The notes beneath the pieces were generated by a model. That model worked only from the letters and a program-made list of their open reading frames with translations, was not told the origin of the DNA and did not search any database. From Eledone cirrhosa (Eukaryota): a stretch of DNA of 64,000 bases. The translations under genes were made by a program, and so were the position numbers. Below are positions 48,970-63,075 of the stretch, one piece after another (position 1 is the stretch's first letter; the number at the start of each line of letters is the position of its first letter). The stretch spans positions 52,762,001-52,826,000 of the forward strand of contig OZ024751.1 in NCBI GenBank assembly GCA_964016885.1, read 5' to 3'.

Positions 48970-50633
48970 TATATACACATATACACATACACTTTCTCTC
49001 TCACTCGGGCTCTTTTTCTTGCAGTATTTATAAATTTATTATAAATACTGTCTGTTGGCCTGTCTATTGGTCTTTCTGCCTGTATCTGGACAGCCACCCC
49101 ACTGCTCTCTCTCCCTCCTCCTACTTCCCCTCAATAGCATAACATACACTAAAACAACATTGATGTTAATTAGTAAGAGATTTTTGTAAATACTGCCAGA
49201 GAAAAGTACTTTTGTGTTATTTGTTTAATACAGCATGTTTAGAACTTTACCACTTCACCACTTCACCTTCTAACAGGATGTTAACACTGGAGTCAGCCTC
49301 TGTATGTAGTAGCTCAACCAGCTAGAAATAATAGCGATGTCTCCCCCTCCTTGCCACTGAAACATATCATATCTATTGTCTTAAGGAAAACAAAAATAGA
49401 GGATGTATTTTCTTTTTTTAATATGTAGCCCAAAAAGACAAGATTGTCATAAATAAAATACTTTTGATTATAGATCTGTTTGATCAGTGTTGTTGACTAT
49501 GGGTTAAACAACAACAATATTAGCAGGATGTCACCATGCCTACATAATTGTCTTTATTTATAGAAGTAATTATACACTATAAGGCAACAAATTGACAAAG
49601 TTGTTAGAATATCAGATAGATTGCTTTGCAGTATTTGATCCAGCTCTCCTCGCTGTTGGTTTGAATCCTGCTAAGGCTAACTTTGCCATTTGAGCTTGAA
49701 AAATAAAGTACCAGTTCATTACTGGTGTTGAATCTTTCTCTATATATCTTTCTCACTTCCCCTCTTACACTCTCTCCTTCTCTGGAAGAAATCTACTGTG
49801 TTCAGTCTTGGAGAGGGGATGAGTTCTGCCAGGTTTAAAATACCCAAGAAACACTGTATGTGACCACAGCGCCCCTAATGACTCCATCAGGAGTTATAGG
49901 TCCATGTGTGTGTGTTTGGAAACCTAACCAAAATCAGATTGTGTGAACAGGACATGGTCATGACAACTTGTCTAACCCATGGAAGTATGGAAAATAGACA
50001 TTAAACGGTTGAGTATTACTAGAACTGAATGTTTTATATAACTGTATGCTACCTAGGCCCACCACCAGGTTTTTATGCTTGAGGGTAGATGGGGGTGCCT
50101 TAGAACATTCTGGGTAGGTACTGTAATTCTCAAAGGAATTTTTGGATGAGCTTAGGTTAACATCATTTGCTTGATTGTTTTTTTTAATATATTTTTTGTT
50201 CTTTGTTCATGTTTTGGGAAGAAAACTTAATAAAGTCATGACTTCAAGGAACATCTTTCAGGATGTTTATATAAACTCTATTTTCTAAATCTGAAGGTGC
50301 ACTATTGTAAAGTAACAGGGAGGGCAGTGCCATTCAGTGCCCCTTTTCCATGGCAATGTGCCTGATACTATGTATACTTGTTACCTATTTTTCCCATTTC
50401 TGTGTTAACTCCTCACTTTCATGTTATATTTTATCTTTGGAATATCTCCTTCATCCAATGCCCTTGTGGCAAATAAAACAACCATTATTATTATTTATCA
50501 GTAAATGTTGGTGTTGAATGAACAAAACCAAGGCACCCTTGCAACCCAACACCCTATGTGTCACTACAGTGCTATTATCATGCATTTAGGGTTATTCTAG
50601 TAACTGGATGGGGTGAAAGATCTCTCTCTCTCG

Positions 50634-50664
<31 letters not shown>

Positions 50665-50864
50665 CCCACACACATATAAAGACCTCCTTCGGTCATGAAT
50701 GACCACAGGTTTTGGACCAAGGAAGTTCTTCAAGGCACATGCTCAGGCAAGGTGTTTTTGCAGAAGACCAGCAGTTGCCTCCCCATACTACTGATGTTGT
50801 CAAAAGAAAAGATAAAAGTTGATAAAACATTGCACCAACTGCGTCACAATTCATTTCTTCAGTT

Positions 50865-51240
50865 CACACAGCTCAACACTAACACTACACTATATACAGC
50901 TTAACACTACACTATATACAGCTTAACACTACACTATATACAGCTTAACACTACACTATATACAGCTCAACACTAACACTACAGTATATACAGCTCAACA
51001 CTAACACTACAGTATATACAGCTCAACACTAACACTACAGTATATACAGCTCAACACTAACACTACAGTATATACAGCTCAACACTAACATTGCTCTATA
51101 TACAGCTCAACACTAACATTGCACTATATACAGCTCAACACTACGGTATATACAGCTCAACACTAACACTACACTATATACAGCTCAACTTAACACTACA
51201 CTTCACTACACTACACTACATACAGCACTACACTACACTA
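50865..51240. repeat. Minisatellite, 23/28-bp units
   Basis: (AACACTACASTATATACAGCTCAACACT)n. Confidence 0.9.
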
Positions 51241-51491
51241 CTTAGATGACAGGATGCTTCCTATATATGTGAGTCCTATAGTAGTAGTGATGGTGGTGGT
51301 GTGTCACCCTCTTAAGAAAGGACATGTTTATTTGAAGTGAGGAGAATCAAGTGTGAGGAATACAAAAAAAGTATTAGCAGTAGCTGTAGGTTAAAAAAAG
51401 TTAAAATTATAAAAACTAATAAACCAACTGCACAAAGATGATATTAGTACAAACTTTAGATAAAGAACAAACAGGTATATATTATATATAG

Positions 51492-51960
51492 CCTGCTTGA
51501 GATTCCACTACATCTCTTGTGTACCCGTAGTTTGCATTTGGAACAAAGGATGGATATTTCTACCTACACACTGGGCAGGGCCATTTCCCTGAAGGGGTCA
51601 GGCTTTGGTTTCTTTTCTACTTACTAGAACTTTAGTCTTTGCCAAGTTGACTTTAAGACCTTTTGATTCCAAGTCCTGCTTCAAGGTCAGGAATTTTATC
51701 TTTAGTTCTGCTATAGATTCAGCTGTGAGAGTTTTATCATCAACATACAGGAGTTCCCAGAGGTATCTTGTTTTAAACTCTTCTGTTATAGCCTGGAGGA
51801 CAATAATAAACAAGAAAGGGCTAAGAACAGAGCCCTGTTGAACTTCCACTTGCACGCTAAAATTCCTCACTATAGTCATTATTGATTTGAACTTTGCTGA
51901 CTGCACCTCTGTACATGGCTTGTACTGCCCTCACGAGCCACTCATCAACCCTTAGTTTCA
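51492..51960 (-). pseudogene. RTE RT fragment
   Basis: [29 protein letters not shown]. Confidence 0.85.
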
Positions 51961-52389
51961 ACAAATTCCATGTAGAGGTATTTACTTATATATATATATA
52001 TATATATCATCATCATCGTTTAACATCCACTTTCCATGCTAGCATGGGTTAGAAAAACAAATATATATCCTGTACACCAGTGCACCTCATCTACACCTCA
52101 CATATACTCCCAAAACACCTCACCATTATTTCATCATTTTGTGGTGTAGGGGTGTTACAGTCCATGCAGGATGTTTTTAAAGTGGTTTAGTTGGCTTTAG
52201 TGTTTTTCTTGGATATTTTTTTCCCTCTGTACCACCTGTTTAAATTAGTTTTCTTTCTCTGTGTTTGTTAATAAGACCTTAGTGGTGGATGGGGGAGAAT
52301 AGTATCATTTCTCACTTGAAATTCCACAACTTCAGCATCAGACAGGGTTGTTAGCAACAGTTAGACAAATTACATTGATGAGAGTTAGA

Positions 52390-52740
52390 TAATAAGGGAG
52401 CTAATATCCCCCATATCACCACCCCTTGTGCTGTTCCTCCACCACCACCACAATAAAGAGCTAATACTGCCCCCACTCCACCACTTGCATTATTCAACAC
52501 CACCACCATAACAGGGAGCTAATACTGACCCCACCCCTTGCAATGTTCCTCCACCATAATAGGGAGCTAATACTGCCCCACTCCCACCACTTGCACTATT
52601 CCACACCAGCACTGCCACCATCATAATAGGGAGCTAATACTGCCCCCACCAACCACACCCCATGCACTATTCTGCACCACCACCACAATAAGCTAGCTAA
52701 TGCTAATCCACCCCACCACCCATTGCAATCACCACCGTTT
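52390..52740. repeat. Degenerate about 60-bp tandem repeat
   Basis: GGGAGCTAATACTGCCCC recurs about 6 times. Confidence 0.75.
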
Positions 52741-53136
52741 GAACTAGGGCTGTACTTTAAATGCTCTAATATGATTCCACCCACAACTTCCGGGACATGT
52801 GATAAGGGTGGAGGGGTACAGAAGGGGACAGACTATACACATTCTCTGATTTTTCCTTCAGTGTTTTAGCAGTGTAAATTATACTATTCAACTAAAAGGT
52901 TACCCTCTTAACTTTAAATCTCCAGAAAGTTTTTTTTTACATTTAATGGCGGATTATGTTACAAAAATTTATGCTGCAAAAAATTAAGGAATTTTTTTTT
53001 TGTTTAGAAATAATTAACATTTTTGTTATATATATGACTGAATACGGACATGTTTCTTTCGGTCCCCCTTTTTTCCACCTAATTTTTTCTTGTTCCTTCA
53101 TCTCACTTTTTTCTGTTTATTTACCTTGTATTTCTA

Positions 53137-53172
53137 TCTTCTGATGAAGGACTAGTGTCCGAAACATTAAGA
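53137..53172 (+). ncRNA. Degenerate minimal hammerhead, family H
   Basis: tctt-CTGATGA-a-ggac tagt gtcc-GAAA-caT-T-aaga; stem III (ACAT) looks like a mutated ACGT. Confidence 0.5.
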
Positions 53173-54271
53173 TTGTCTTCCTGCTATTTCAAGTGTTAAA
53201 CAAATATATTTCTTCAATGTACTGTTTGTTTTGTTATTTCTGTTTACCTTTTACTTACAATCAGGATTCACTTGGGCTAAACAATAACAACAGCTAGGTT
53301 AAGAAAGGCAAATTTGATGGTAAAAAAATAAAATAAATTACAGCTTACACTTACACAGGTTTAGTTGGCTTTCTATGAGGTTGCATCTCATAGGAGGTTT
53401 CTTGGATATTTTACTGATAAGGGCCCCAGTCCTTTCATGAAAAGGAACATGAAATGAAGCATCACATTCAAGAACACAACACACCACCTGGTTCAAGATT
53501 TGAAACCATGACTGTATAATTATGAGTCCAACACCCTAACCACTTGGTCATGTACTTTCAAATTTGATGATAAAGCAGCCATTATATGACATATTTCCTT
53601 TAAATGTCTCATCTACATTAATCTCTCTTTATATGTAACCATTTTATGAAGCACAACTCTGTCTCTCTTTTCTTTCAAATTAGCGCTGTACATTTGTACA
53701 AATGTATTAGTACATTTATATGTATTAGTACATTTCACTAGCCTACCAAGCAGTCAACATACTCAACTACTTCCCCTAACCATCAGAAAATGAAGTTGAA
53801 GTTTTAGGTCATAGTTTTTCAGTTTGGATACATTTAAAGTAGTTGCACAACTGACTTGACTTGAGTTGTTGCTAAGAGAATGTAAAGTGTTTTTATGATT
53901 GCTAAAAATATATGTAATATGTCTATATTACTCTAGAGATATATATCTTGAGCATGTATATTTGCCCTACTCACCACTCCTTATAATTGTGTATAGTTTC
54001 ATTCATTTACCAATGTGAACCAGTTAGAAAACTCAAATGGGCTATGGGTATTAGTAGATTGGCAGAATTGGTATGGCATCGGAGAATATATTTATGTTCT
54101 GAGTTCAAATTCTGGTATATTAGAATTTGCCGTTCATCCTTTCAAGGTTCATTGAAATAAAGAACCTGTTAACCATTTTGTTACTATTTATCTAACCAAA
54201 TACTCTGTATTTGAATTAGTTATTGAAGAATTTGGAAGGAATTACTAAATATTTATTATTTCATTATTAAC

Positions 54272-54455
54272 ATGGGATTGGCAGTATCGGTAGAGGGTCG
54301 GACGCCATGCTTTCCAGCATAGTTACGTCCCTTTACGATCTGAGTTCAAATCCCGCCGAGGTTGACTTTGCCTTTCATCCTTACGGGGTCGATAAAATAA
54401 AGTACCAGTAATGCACTGGATAATTGCTGGCCTTGTGCCTAAAGTAGAAACAATT
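54272..54455 (+). mobile_element. tRNA-derived SINE with a Meta-domain-like centre
   Basis: TGGCAG A box, GAGTTCAAATCC B box, GACTTTGCCTTTCATCCTT..GGGGTCGATAAAATAAAGTACCAG. Relatives at 47090, 49590, 54058, 55090 and 60290. Confidence 0.7.
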
Positions 54456-54642
54456 ATTAACATGACCGTGAATAATAGAATCACCATTCCAGGTATAGGA
54501 ACAGTACTCTGTTTTTTTTAAAGTAAGGTACCGGTCTTCATAGGTCCCCACCTCTGTGTAAGCAGGATATCTTACATGGAATGTAAAAAATATCACCCCC
54601 TGCATCATTGGTGTTCAACGCAAAGAGAAGAGGACACGCACA

Positions 54643-54684
<42 letters not shown>

Positions 54685-57159
54685 CTCTCTCTCTCACACC
54701 TATATACATACATACACATGCACACGAGTTTCTATCTGCCAAATTCACAGAAAGAGGCATTGATCAACCTGAGATTGCCACACAGTAGGATAACAACTCA
54801 CAACAATGTGGTTGAGAAGCAAACTTCTTAACCACACGGCCATGCTTGTGCCTAAGCAAACTTCTTGACCATAAGTATTAGTGATAATTTTCTCATTAAG
54901 TTGTTGAAAGAGGAGGGTTGTTTAATGTGTGTAGAGCAATATAACAGTCTCTTGACTGATTGTATAACAGTTGTCTTAGATAAAGAAAGCAAGATAACAT
55001 AAGTGTGTTTCCTCAATAAGACTGTGGACGTTTAAAACAGTTAAGCTGAGCCGGTTTAATTTTTCCTGTCATAATAATAGATGCATTTTGATTGGCCATT
55101 AGAATGTCAGATAGAATGTTTTGCAATATTTGTCCTGGCTATCCACATTCTGAGTTCAAATCCTGCCGAGGTCAACTTTGCTTTTCATCCTTTTGATGTT
55201 GATAAAAGAAAAGAGTACCAGTTTAGTACGGGGGGGTCAATTCTGCCCCTCTGTCTCTTTCTCATCTATCACTTTGTCTCATTCATTGGAAGATATCAAC
55301 TGTGTTCAGACCTAGAGATGGAAAGGGCTCTATCAGATTTTAAATGTCCAAGACATGCTGTGTGTCATTACTCCATCAGGAGTTATGGGTTCATGCATAC
55401 AAAGATACTTTGAAAGTAACAGATAAATTTTTGTTAGACAAATTTTAAAAGTATCAAATAGACCACTGGTCACCTAGTTGCATTACAAAACTGAAGCTTC
55501 TCACAGGAGGTTTCTTATGTTGTTACAGCTCACACCCATACTGGCTTCCTTATGAGGTTTCTTGGGTGTTCTGATGATAGGAGCCCTCTTTTATTGTAGG
55601 ATAAGAATAACTGTAACTAATAACACTATTTTAACCAATTGCAATATACAAAGAATTTCAGAGTTGTATTTATTTGGCAAATGACTACATTTGAGACAGT
55701 GTTGAAACTGAAGTGATTACATTGTGTAAAAGTCATTTTAGCCACTAAAAATCATAAAAAATACTTATATTATTATTCACATTTTGTTTCATTAGTTTGC
55801 CAAAATTTTTATCAAACTCTTTGACATGTTCACTAACACAGTTCCGCCACAATATAATAAATTATAAACATAAAGTGACTATAACAGTGATTGTGTGTGT
55901 GTTTCAGTGGTTGAAATACAAATTACTTAGATAAAAATCTAGAATACATTCAAATCTAAACATTTCTGTGGGAACCCAAGTATAGCCACATTGTATCACT
56001 ATGTTCAAGTTTTGTTGATTTCTTCTCAACATTTTTCTATCCAATGTCTCAGATATACTACCAGAACATGTGTGTAGTTATATCAGTAATGTCACAGCTA
56101 TTTCACCCAGGTAATTCTAAAGAAAACTGTTCCACTTATTAAATCTGCTGGGTTTTTAAGGTCAACTTGTTGTTATGTTTGATATCACAGACTGTAAATG
56201 TATCCTTTTTGATATCAGTAATGAATTTTAATCAAGATTACAAAGCTGAAATGAAAATAAAACCTTGACAAGAAACAACAAACTGAATAAACACCCCATA
56301 CATACATATACACAGAGAGGGACACATAAACACATACACAAACATACACACATTAACGCTTCAGTAAGTTCAGCATCACACAAGTTTTTATTTTTCTATA
56401 ATGGGTTTTATCCGGAACCATCCTAATCTGTGATGTCATATCAACCTTCAACCAATTGGATGCTCATTCACGAGCATTTTGAATATTTATTTCTGTTTGT
56501 TGTTTGTTTTTGTTGTTGTCTTTAATGCATTTAAAAAAAAGAAGCTTGTGTTTATATAGAGACTCCTACTCTATGCAAAAACTGTTTAAAGCTCATGTTT
56601 CATATTTCAGTAAAGTCCTGCTGCTATCATCAACATACATGATGATTTCAATGTGATGTGAAATAGTGGCTTCTACAATAATATATGAATCTCTCTCGCT
56701 CCCTCTCTCTAAATACACACACACACATATATATATATATTTGAAGATTCAATTAGAAGTTTTGCTATATTTTGACTACAAAAAATAGCCACCATAATGG
56801 AAATAATTGTTTCTATGGAAATAATGATGCCCGTTTTGATTTTTGGGGTATTTCCCCTCTAATATGGTGGCTTATATACCCTGTTATCAGACTATCTTCT
56901 GTAGTCAAAATATGACAAAATCTAAAATTTTCAATTGTTGCTGTATTCTACACAAACGGACTCATTTATGTCTGTGTATGTGTGTACATGTGTTTATATA
57001 TCATCATCATTGTTTTTACGTCTGTTTTTCAATACTTGTCTGGGTTGGATCGGTCCTTTTCAGCATCTCTCCACTCATTGCATTCCTTTGTCATCTCCTT
57101 TGAGAGAACCCTGTAGTTATTAATTACACCAATGTTTTATACTGTTGTATTTCCTTGTG

Positions 57160-57530
57160 TTTATTCTTTATTCTTTTACTGGTTACAATCATTAGACTTT
57201 GGCCATGCTAGAGTACCACCTTCATGGGATTTAGTTGACTATATCAGTACCAGTATATATTTTTTCAAGTCTGGTACATATTTTATAGGTCTCTATTTTA
57301 CCAAACTGATAAGTTACAAGACATAATGAAGCAGTAAATGTAAACACAGACACAGAGATGGGGACACACACACAGCAGGCTTCTGCACAGTTTCTGCATA
57401 CCAAATTACACTCACAAGTCATTGGTGAATCTGAGGCTATCGTAAAAAACACATGCCCAAGGTTTCATACAATGGAACTGAACCCCAAACCATGTTGTTG
57501 TGATGTAGACTTAACTACACAGCCATATCT
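57160..57530 (-). mobile_element. tRNA/CORE SINE with a CR1/L2-like 3' tail
   Basis: Head near 57520; the tail at 57160-57221 resembles the LINE end at 24375-24433. Relatives at 48380-48535 and 54725-54850. Confidence 0.6.
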
Positions 57531-57822
57531 TTTGTTGTGAAGTAGACATCACTACACAACTATATCTTTGGTTGTGAGGTAGACATGTTAATTACATAGC
57601 CATATCTGTTGTGAGGTAGACTTAACTATACAGCCATATCTGTGGTTGTGAAGTAGATTCCTTAACTACACAACCATATCTGTGGTTGTGAAGTAGACTC
57701 TTTAATTACATAGCCATATCTGCTGTTGTGATGTAAACCTCTCAACCAGCCATATCTGTTGTGAAGTTAACTCTTTAACTACACAGCCATATCTGTGGTT
57801 GTGAAGTAGACTTCTTAACCAA
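57495..57822. repeat. About 40-bp tandem repeat derived from the SINE 5' head
   Basis: CTTAACTACACAGCCATATCTGTGGTTGTGAAGTAGACT about 8 times. Confidence 0.8.
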
Positions 57823-58358
57823 CCATTCAACCCTGTCTGTGCTTAGTTGAAGTGTTTTTTTTTATTTCTTCTGCCTTTAATTAAGAACTCGTTATATTTG
57901 TAATTTAGTTTGTTCTGTTGCTGGAAACTTTTTCAATAACCTTAAAAACAACACAAGTTATTAATTACTATTTCAATTTCTATTTAATTACTATAACGAC
58001 TACATAATATCAATGTATGTGGTGCTAGTAAAGTTTCTCTCTCTGTCTCATTCTCTTTCTGCGTCCCATCTCTTTCTCAGCTTCCCTAAATTACATTAAT
58101 TTATCAATTATTTACCAAAAGACTCTCTATTTCCTCTTTAAACTTTTTTTTATACTTTATATTTCTTTAACAGTGAAGAAATCTGATCCTTCTCTCTTTC
58201 TGATATATATAATATCTACCCACTACTTTAAGAGTAGATAGATATGATTACTCTAACAGATTTTCCTAACTGCTCTGAATAACAAACAGCAGCAGCTGTT
58301 GGCTAAAAAAACTATAATATATATATAGTTGGCATATATAATATATCTGATGTAGGTT

Positions 58359-58401
<43 letters not shown>

Positions 58402-58403
58402 AC

Positions 58404-58445
<42 letters not shown>

Positions 58446-58689
58446 ACATCAGATATATATACCAACATAAAATAGAACCACGTAAGATATACATAAGATA
58501 AAGCTATATAAGATAATTTATATATATATCTACATAAGATAAAACTATATAAAATATATTATACAGTATATAAGATATAGATAGTTGTCAACTATCAACA
58601 ACAATATTTGACAATTTGTAAATATATATTAGAAATTCCTTTGCATTAATCATCATCATCTGATGATTACAATGGCAATGATGATGACA

Positions 58690-59112
58690 TAATAATAATA
58701 ATAATGATAATTTCTTTATTAGCCACGCAGGGCTCACATTAAGGAAACATTAAAGACAGTACAGGACGATACAGTGTCAGTTTTTCTTTGTGTAAAAGAA
58801 AATTTATAAAGGAGACTAAGAAAATAAACATTTAAAGCAAACATAACAAATTCCCCAAAGATGAGGAGACTCTAAGGGTCACTCGTGTAGAAATCCCCCA
58901 AAAGCGACGGTCACCCTGTCCGCAAGGCAAAGTGCCCTCTCCCAGTTTTTTCTACTCCAAACTACAGGCGTATACTCCAGGCAGCTTCATTCACACAGAC
59001 CATGCTTACCACTCTCACCTACCTTTCAACAATCTGATATTTCTCTTCAAGTGAAATCTGGAAAAGTTAACCAGGATTTCGCTGAAGAGGAAAATGGCTC
59101 TCTTCAACCCTT
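58690..59112 (-). mobile_element. Probable 3' end of a LINE (L1/Tx1-like) with AATAAA and (TTA)n tail
   Basis: (TAA)n plus TTTATT on the plus strand, followed by degraded coding-like sequence; the clade call is tentative. Confidence 0.4.
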
Positions 59113-59450
59113 GATGATTATAATGATGATGATATAGCCATGAAAATGTTCCATTTATATCTTTTAATAAATACAAAGAGGAATATTTTGTTACTGTATG
59201 TTTCAGTGTTAACCCTGCATACTTAATACCAAATTTCTAGTCAAAATATACTTATCTGCCTCATCCCATATCAAAATATTCTTGTGTCTGGGCGTCTCTC
59301 TGAGTGTGTATGTGTGCGCTTATGTGTGTGTGTATATATCTATCTATCTGTGTGTGTGTGTGTGTATATATATATATACACCAATTATATATATAATTAT
59401 GTCTCTGTTTTAGTGTGTGTATATATATAAATATATATATATATATACAT

Positions 59451-59792
59451 AGGAGGCACATGGCTTAGTGGTTAGAGCATTGGCCTTGCAATCGAAAGGT
59501 TGTGAGTTCAATTCTCAGACCGGGTGATGTGTTGTTTCCTTGAGCAAGGCACTTTATTTCACATTGCTCCAGTTTACTCAGCTGTAGAAATGAGATGATA
59601 GGGACTGGGGTCCATATCATTCCACTGTAAAGTGGTCGTGGAGGTGCCACGGCAAAAAAGCACCCAGCACTCACTGTAAATGAGGTTGGTGTTAGGAAAG
59701 GCATCCAGCTGTAGAAATCAAGCCAGAATCAGTTCCCGTCCCACCCTTGCAAGCAGGGAAAAGTGGACGTAAAATGAAATGATGATGATGAT
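59451..59792 (+). mobile_element. tRNA/CORE SINE with RTE-derived 3' tail
   Basis: TGGCTTAGTGG A box, GAGTTCAATTC B box, CCTTGAGCAAGGCACTT core. 59622-59790 matches the RTE 3' UTR (reverse complement of 8817-9082). Confidence 0.85.
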
Positions 59793-61542
59793 ACATATAA
59801 TTTCTCATTTGTGATCAAAATGGCTTAAACTTAGCTGTCAGGCATACAATCTTCTTCTTTGCCTACTTATCCCTGAGAGGGCTGTTGGGGCAGTGTCCTC
59901 AAACTCCATCCAGCAGATCCTATCAGAAACAACTGATCCAAGTGAGACTAGCTGAGTTAATGGATGTTATCCAACCATCTTTAAAGAAGACAGAAGCTAT
60001 GTGGAAACCCATCAAATGAGCTCTATCTGTGGTGTTATGGTCCCCACCCCTCCTGCCTCAGAAGCACTGGGAAAAAGTCATAGGTGTTGGCCTCTTCTGA
60101 ATAACCCATTAAGCCACACTTTTTTTTTTCTGTTTCAAATATAACCACATAGCTTAGAAGAAACGTTGGACATCCAAGGTTGAGTAACAAAAGTACCAGT
60201 CATGTACTGGGGTCAATTTAATCCCCCCCTCCCCCAACCCGTAAAAAGAAAAAAAATTGCTGGTGTGTCAAAATTAAAAATAATTAGTTTAAATCCCACC
60301 GGAGTCAACTTTGTCTTTCATCCTTCTAGGGTCAATAAAATAAAGTACCTGTTATTACTAGAGCCCAATATACTCTCAACTTTCGCTTTCTCCCAAAATG
60401 TTGGCTTTGTGCAAATGTTAGAACGATTTATTATTTAATGTGTCCTTTATTTTATAAATTTGGTAGACTGTGATTCAAGGGATATTTGGCTGCAATTTCT
60501 AGCAAGGAAAGCAACCAATCACAATTGCTCCTTCAGCTTCGCACAATGTATTGGGCATTGGAGATCCTTGCTGTTGTTTTGTTTAATTTTTTAAAAATTA
60601 ATTTTGCTAATTTCAAGAATCTGTCATCTGTTCCAGTTCCAATCTTTGAGAACTCCAACACTTTAAGGTTACATAAACACTTGGTTATTTAGCCAATTCG
60701 TTAAGCATAAATGCTTGATGGTTAATTGGGTTTCTGCACCAGCTGATCATATAATACACATACACACACACACATATATATACATATACAGACAGACAAG
60801 CACACACACACACACATATATGTATGTTTTCCTTCATGCTAATCTATCTGATATGGAGTGTGTCTGTGATTTCTTACACAGTGGGAGGCAGCCAACAGAG
60901 AAGTTGCCATGGTGTCAAATCCTAAAATATAACTGCCATATGCTCTAACTGAGGTGTTAGTAGACATCACCTGACAGTGTACTGTAGTGTAATACACTGT
61001 AATACTCTTCAGTACACTGTCAGCTACATGTTGGGTCACTTACAGAAAGTGGCACACAGCTTTCAGTTTTCCCATGGATATTATAGAACCCTTGTTCTGC
61101 TTGAACAATAGTAGTAGTGGTAGTAATGGTAGAGGTGGTGGTGGTAGTAGTAGTAGTTGTTGTTGTTGTTGTTGTTTAACTCCAAGCCAGTCTTGATCGA
61201 TGAAAAAAAAAAAAAATTAAAATTTGTATCTCATATCTCTGCATTAGCTGCCTCTTGTAAGTTTGCATTTCATAGGAGGTTTTTTTCCAGATATTTTAAT
61301 GATAGGGGCCTCAGTCCTATCATGAAAAGCAATGTGAAATGAAGCATCTTGCTCAAGAACACATCACCCAGGAATTGAACCCATAACTTTATGATCATGT
61401 GTCCAACACCCTAACTTGAAAACCCAAATCAAATACCATAAGACATTTAATCCAATGCCATAACAATTTTAATGTTTGATGTTTAAAATGTCTGTTTTGA
61501 TTATCATCATTCTCATCATTCTTTCTTTCTTTCTTGATCCAG

Positions 61543-61693
61543 GTTTCTCTTGGAGATTACTCAGAACCAATAGATTTCCGTCGCAAAGGGTCAAGTGTAA
61601 AAGAGCGTCAGCTCCCCAGTGCTCCTCCTTTAGAAGACGTCGACCCTTACAGCGAACCCTATCAATCGAAGCAGAACTTGGATGCAATTGAAG
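61543..61693 (+). CDS. Probable internal coding exon of a host gene (151 nt, phase 0 to 1): VSLGDYSEPIDFRRKGSSVKERQLPSAPPLEDVDPYSEPYQSKQNLDAIE
   Basis: Long pyrimidine tract plus CAG acceptor (61540-61542), AAG|GTGAAT donor at 61694, open frame, higher GC and non-repetitive. Confidence 0.65.
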
Positions 61694-61806
61694 GTGAATT
61701 TTTGGTTTTTTATATGTATAAATATATATATAAATATATATCAAATGAAAAAACAGAGATAAAGACTTGCGTAGTTCAAGGAAGAATTTCCGGGCTCTTT
61801 GTAATA

Positions 61807-62018
61807 CAGTATATAGAGAAGAAAACACAAAAAGGGGTATGTGTTCAGTTACAAGGGGTATAGAACCACTATAGTGAAGAATATACAATTTATGAAAAGT
61901 GGGGAAAATACATAATAATCAAAAGGCAAAATTAAAATGTAAAAAACTCACTTTTTGGGTTCTATACCCATTGTAATTGAAAACATATCCCTTTTTGTGT
62001 TTTCTTCTCTATATACTG
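61807..62018. mobile_element. Tc1/mariner-type MITE with about 60-bp TIRs and TA target duplication
   Basis: TA|CAGTATATAGAGAAGAAAACACAAAAAGGG...CCCTTTTTGTGTTTTCTTCTCTATATACTG|TA. Confidence 0.75.
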
Positions 62019-62021
62019 TAT

Positions 62022-62066
<45 letters not shown>

Positions 62067-62325
62067 TTTATTTTTGGAGTGTATCAATGTGGGGGAGTTA
62101 TAAATCACTACCACCACCACTATCATCACCACCATCATCACCATTATATTTGTAGCCAATGGTATCTTACAACAATAACTTTACATTTATATCCTCCAAA
62201 TTGTGGAATTAATCCACAATACATCACTATATATCTATCATATACCACTGTATATACCACATCTATCAACAATAAAACATCACTATATATATCTCTAGAC
62301 CCTCATCTATTCACAATACAGAATC

Positions 62326-62364
<39 letters not shown>

Positions 62365-62543
62365 CCAACAATTTTCCACAATACAACATCACTATATATA
62401 TCTATCTAGGGCGGGTAAAATTCCAGCGGACTCTGTCCCTCATCATCGCTGCCATGTCCTGCGTCTCGAAGAGACCTTAGGACAGCAACATATGTCAACC
62501 TATATATATATATACAGTTGCCACATCTTTTCACAATATAACA

Positions 62544-62574
<31 letters not shown>

Positions 62575-62684
62575 GAGGTTGGTGTTAGGAAGGGCATCCA
62601 GCTGTAGAAATCAAGCCAGAATCAGTTCCCGTCCCCAAGCAGGGAAAAAGCAGGGAAAAAGCGGACGTAAAATGAAATGATGAT

Positions 62685-63075
62685 ATCATCATCATTACCG
62701 TTTTACGTCCGTTCTTCCATGCTAGCATGGGTTAGACGGGTTGTCCTGTTGTGGGCAGTGTACAGTCGACTGACCTAGTCTTGCTCATACGGGAACTGAT
62801 TCTGGCTTGATTTCTACAGCTGGATGCCCTTCCTAACACCAACCTCATTTACAGTGAGTGCTGGGTGCTTTTTTCCCATGGCACCTCCACGACCACTTTG
62901 CAGTGGAATGATAGGGACTCCAGTCTTATCATCTCATTTCTACAGCTGAGTGAACTGGAGCAATGTGAAATAAAGTGTCTTGCTCAAGGAAGCAACACAT
63001 CACCCGGTCCGAATATTGAACTCACAACCTTTCGATTGCAAGCCCAATACTTTAACCACTAAGCCATGCGCCTTC
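62685..63075 (-). mobile_element. Full-length tRNA/CORE SINE with RTE tail; a plus-strand tail stub lies at 62574-62684
   Basis: Reverse complement of 59451-59792 with the complete RTE tail. Confidence 0.85.

Noticed and set aside
58328-58466. Short inverted repeat around a TA/TG microsatellite
   Set aside because: Low complexity and short; cannot distinguish a MITE from a local fold-back.
59455-59530. tRNA gene-like A/B boxes (also at 54280 and 63010-63070)
   Set aside because: They are SINE heads followed by CORE/LINE tails and do not form a full cloverleaf.
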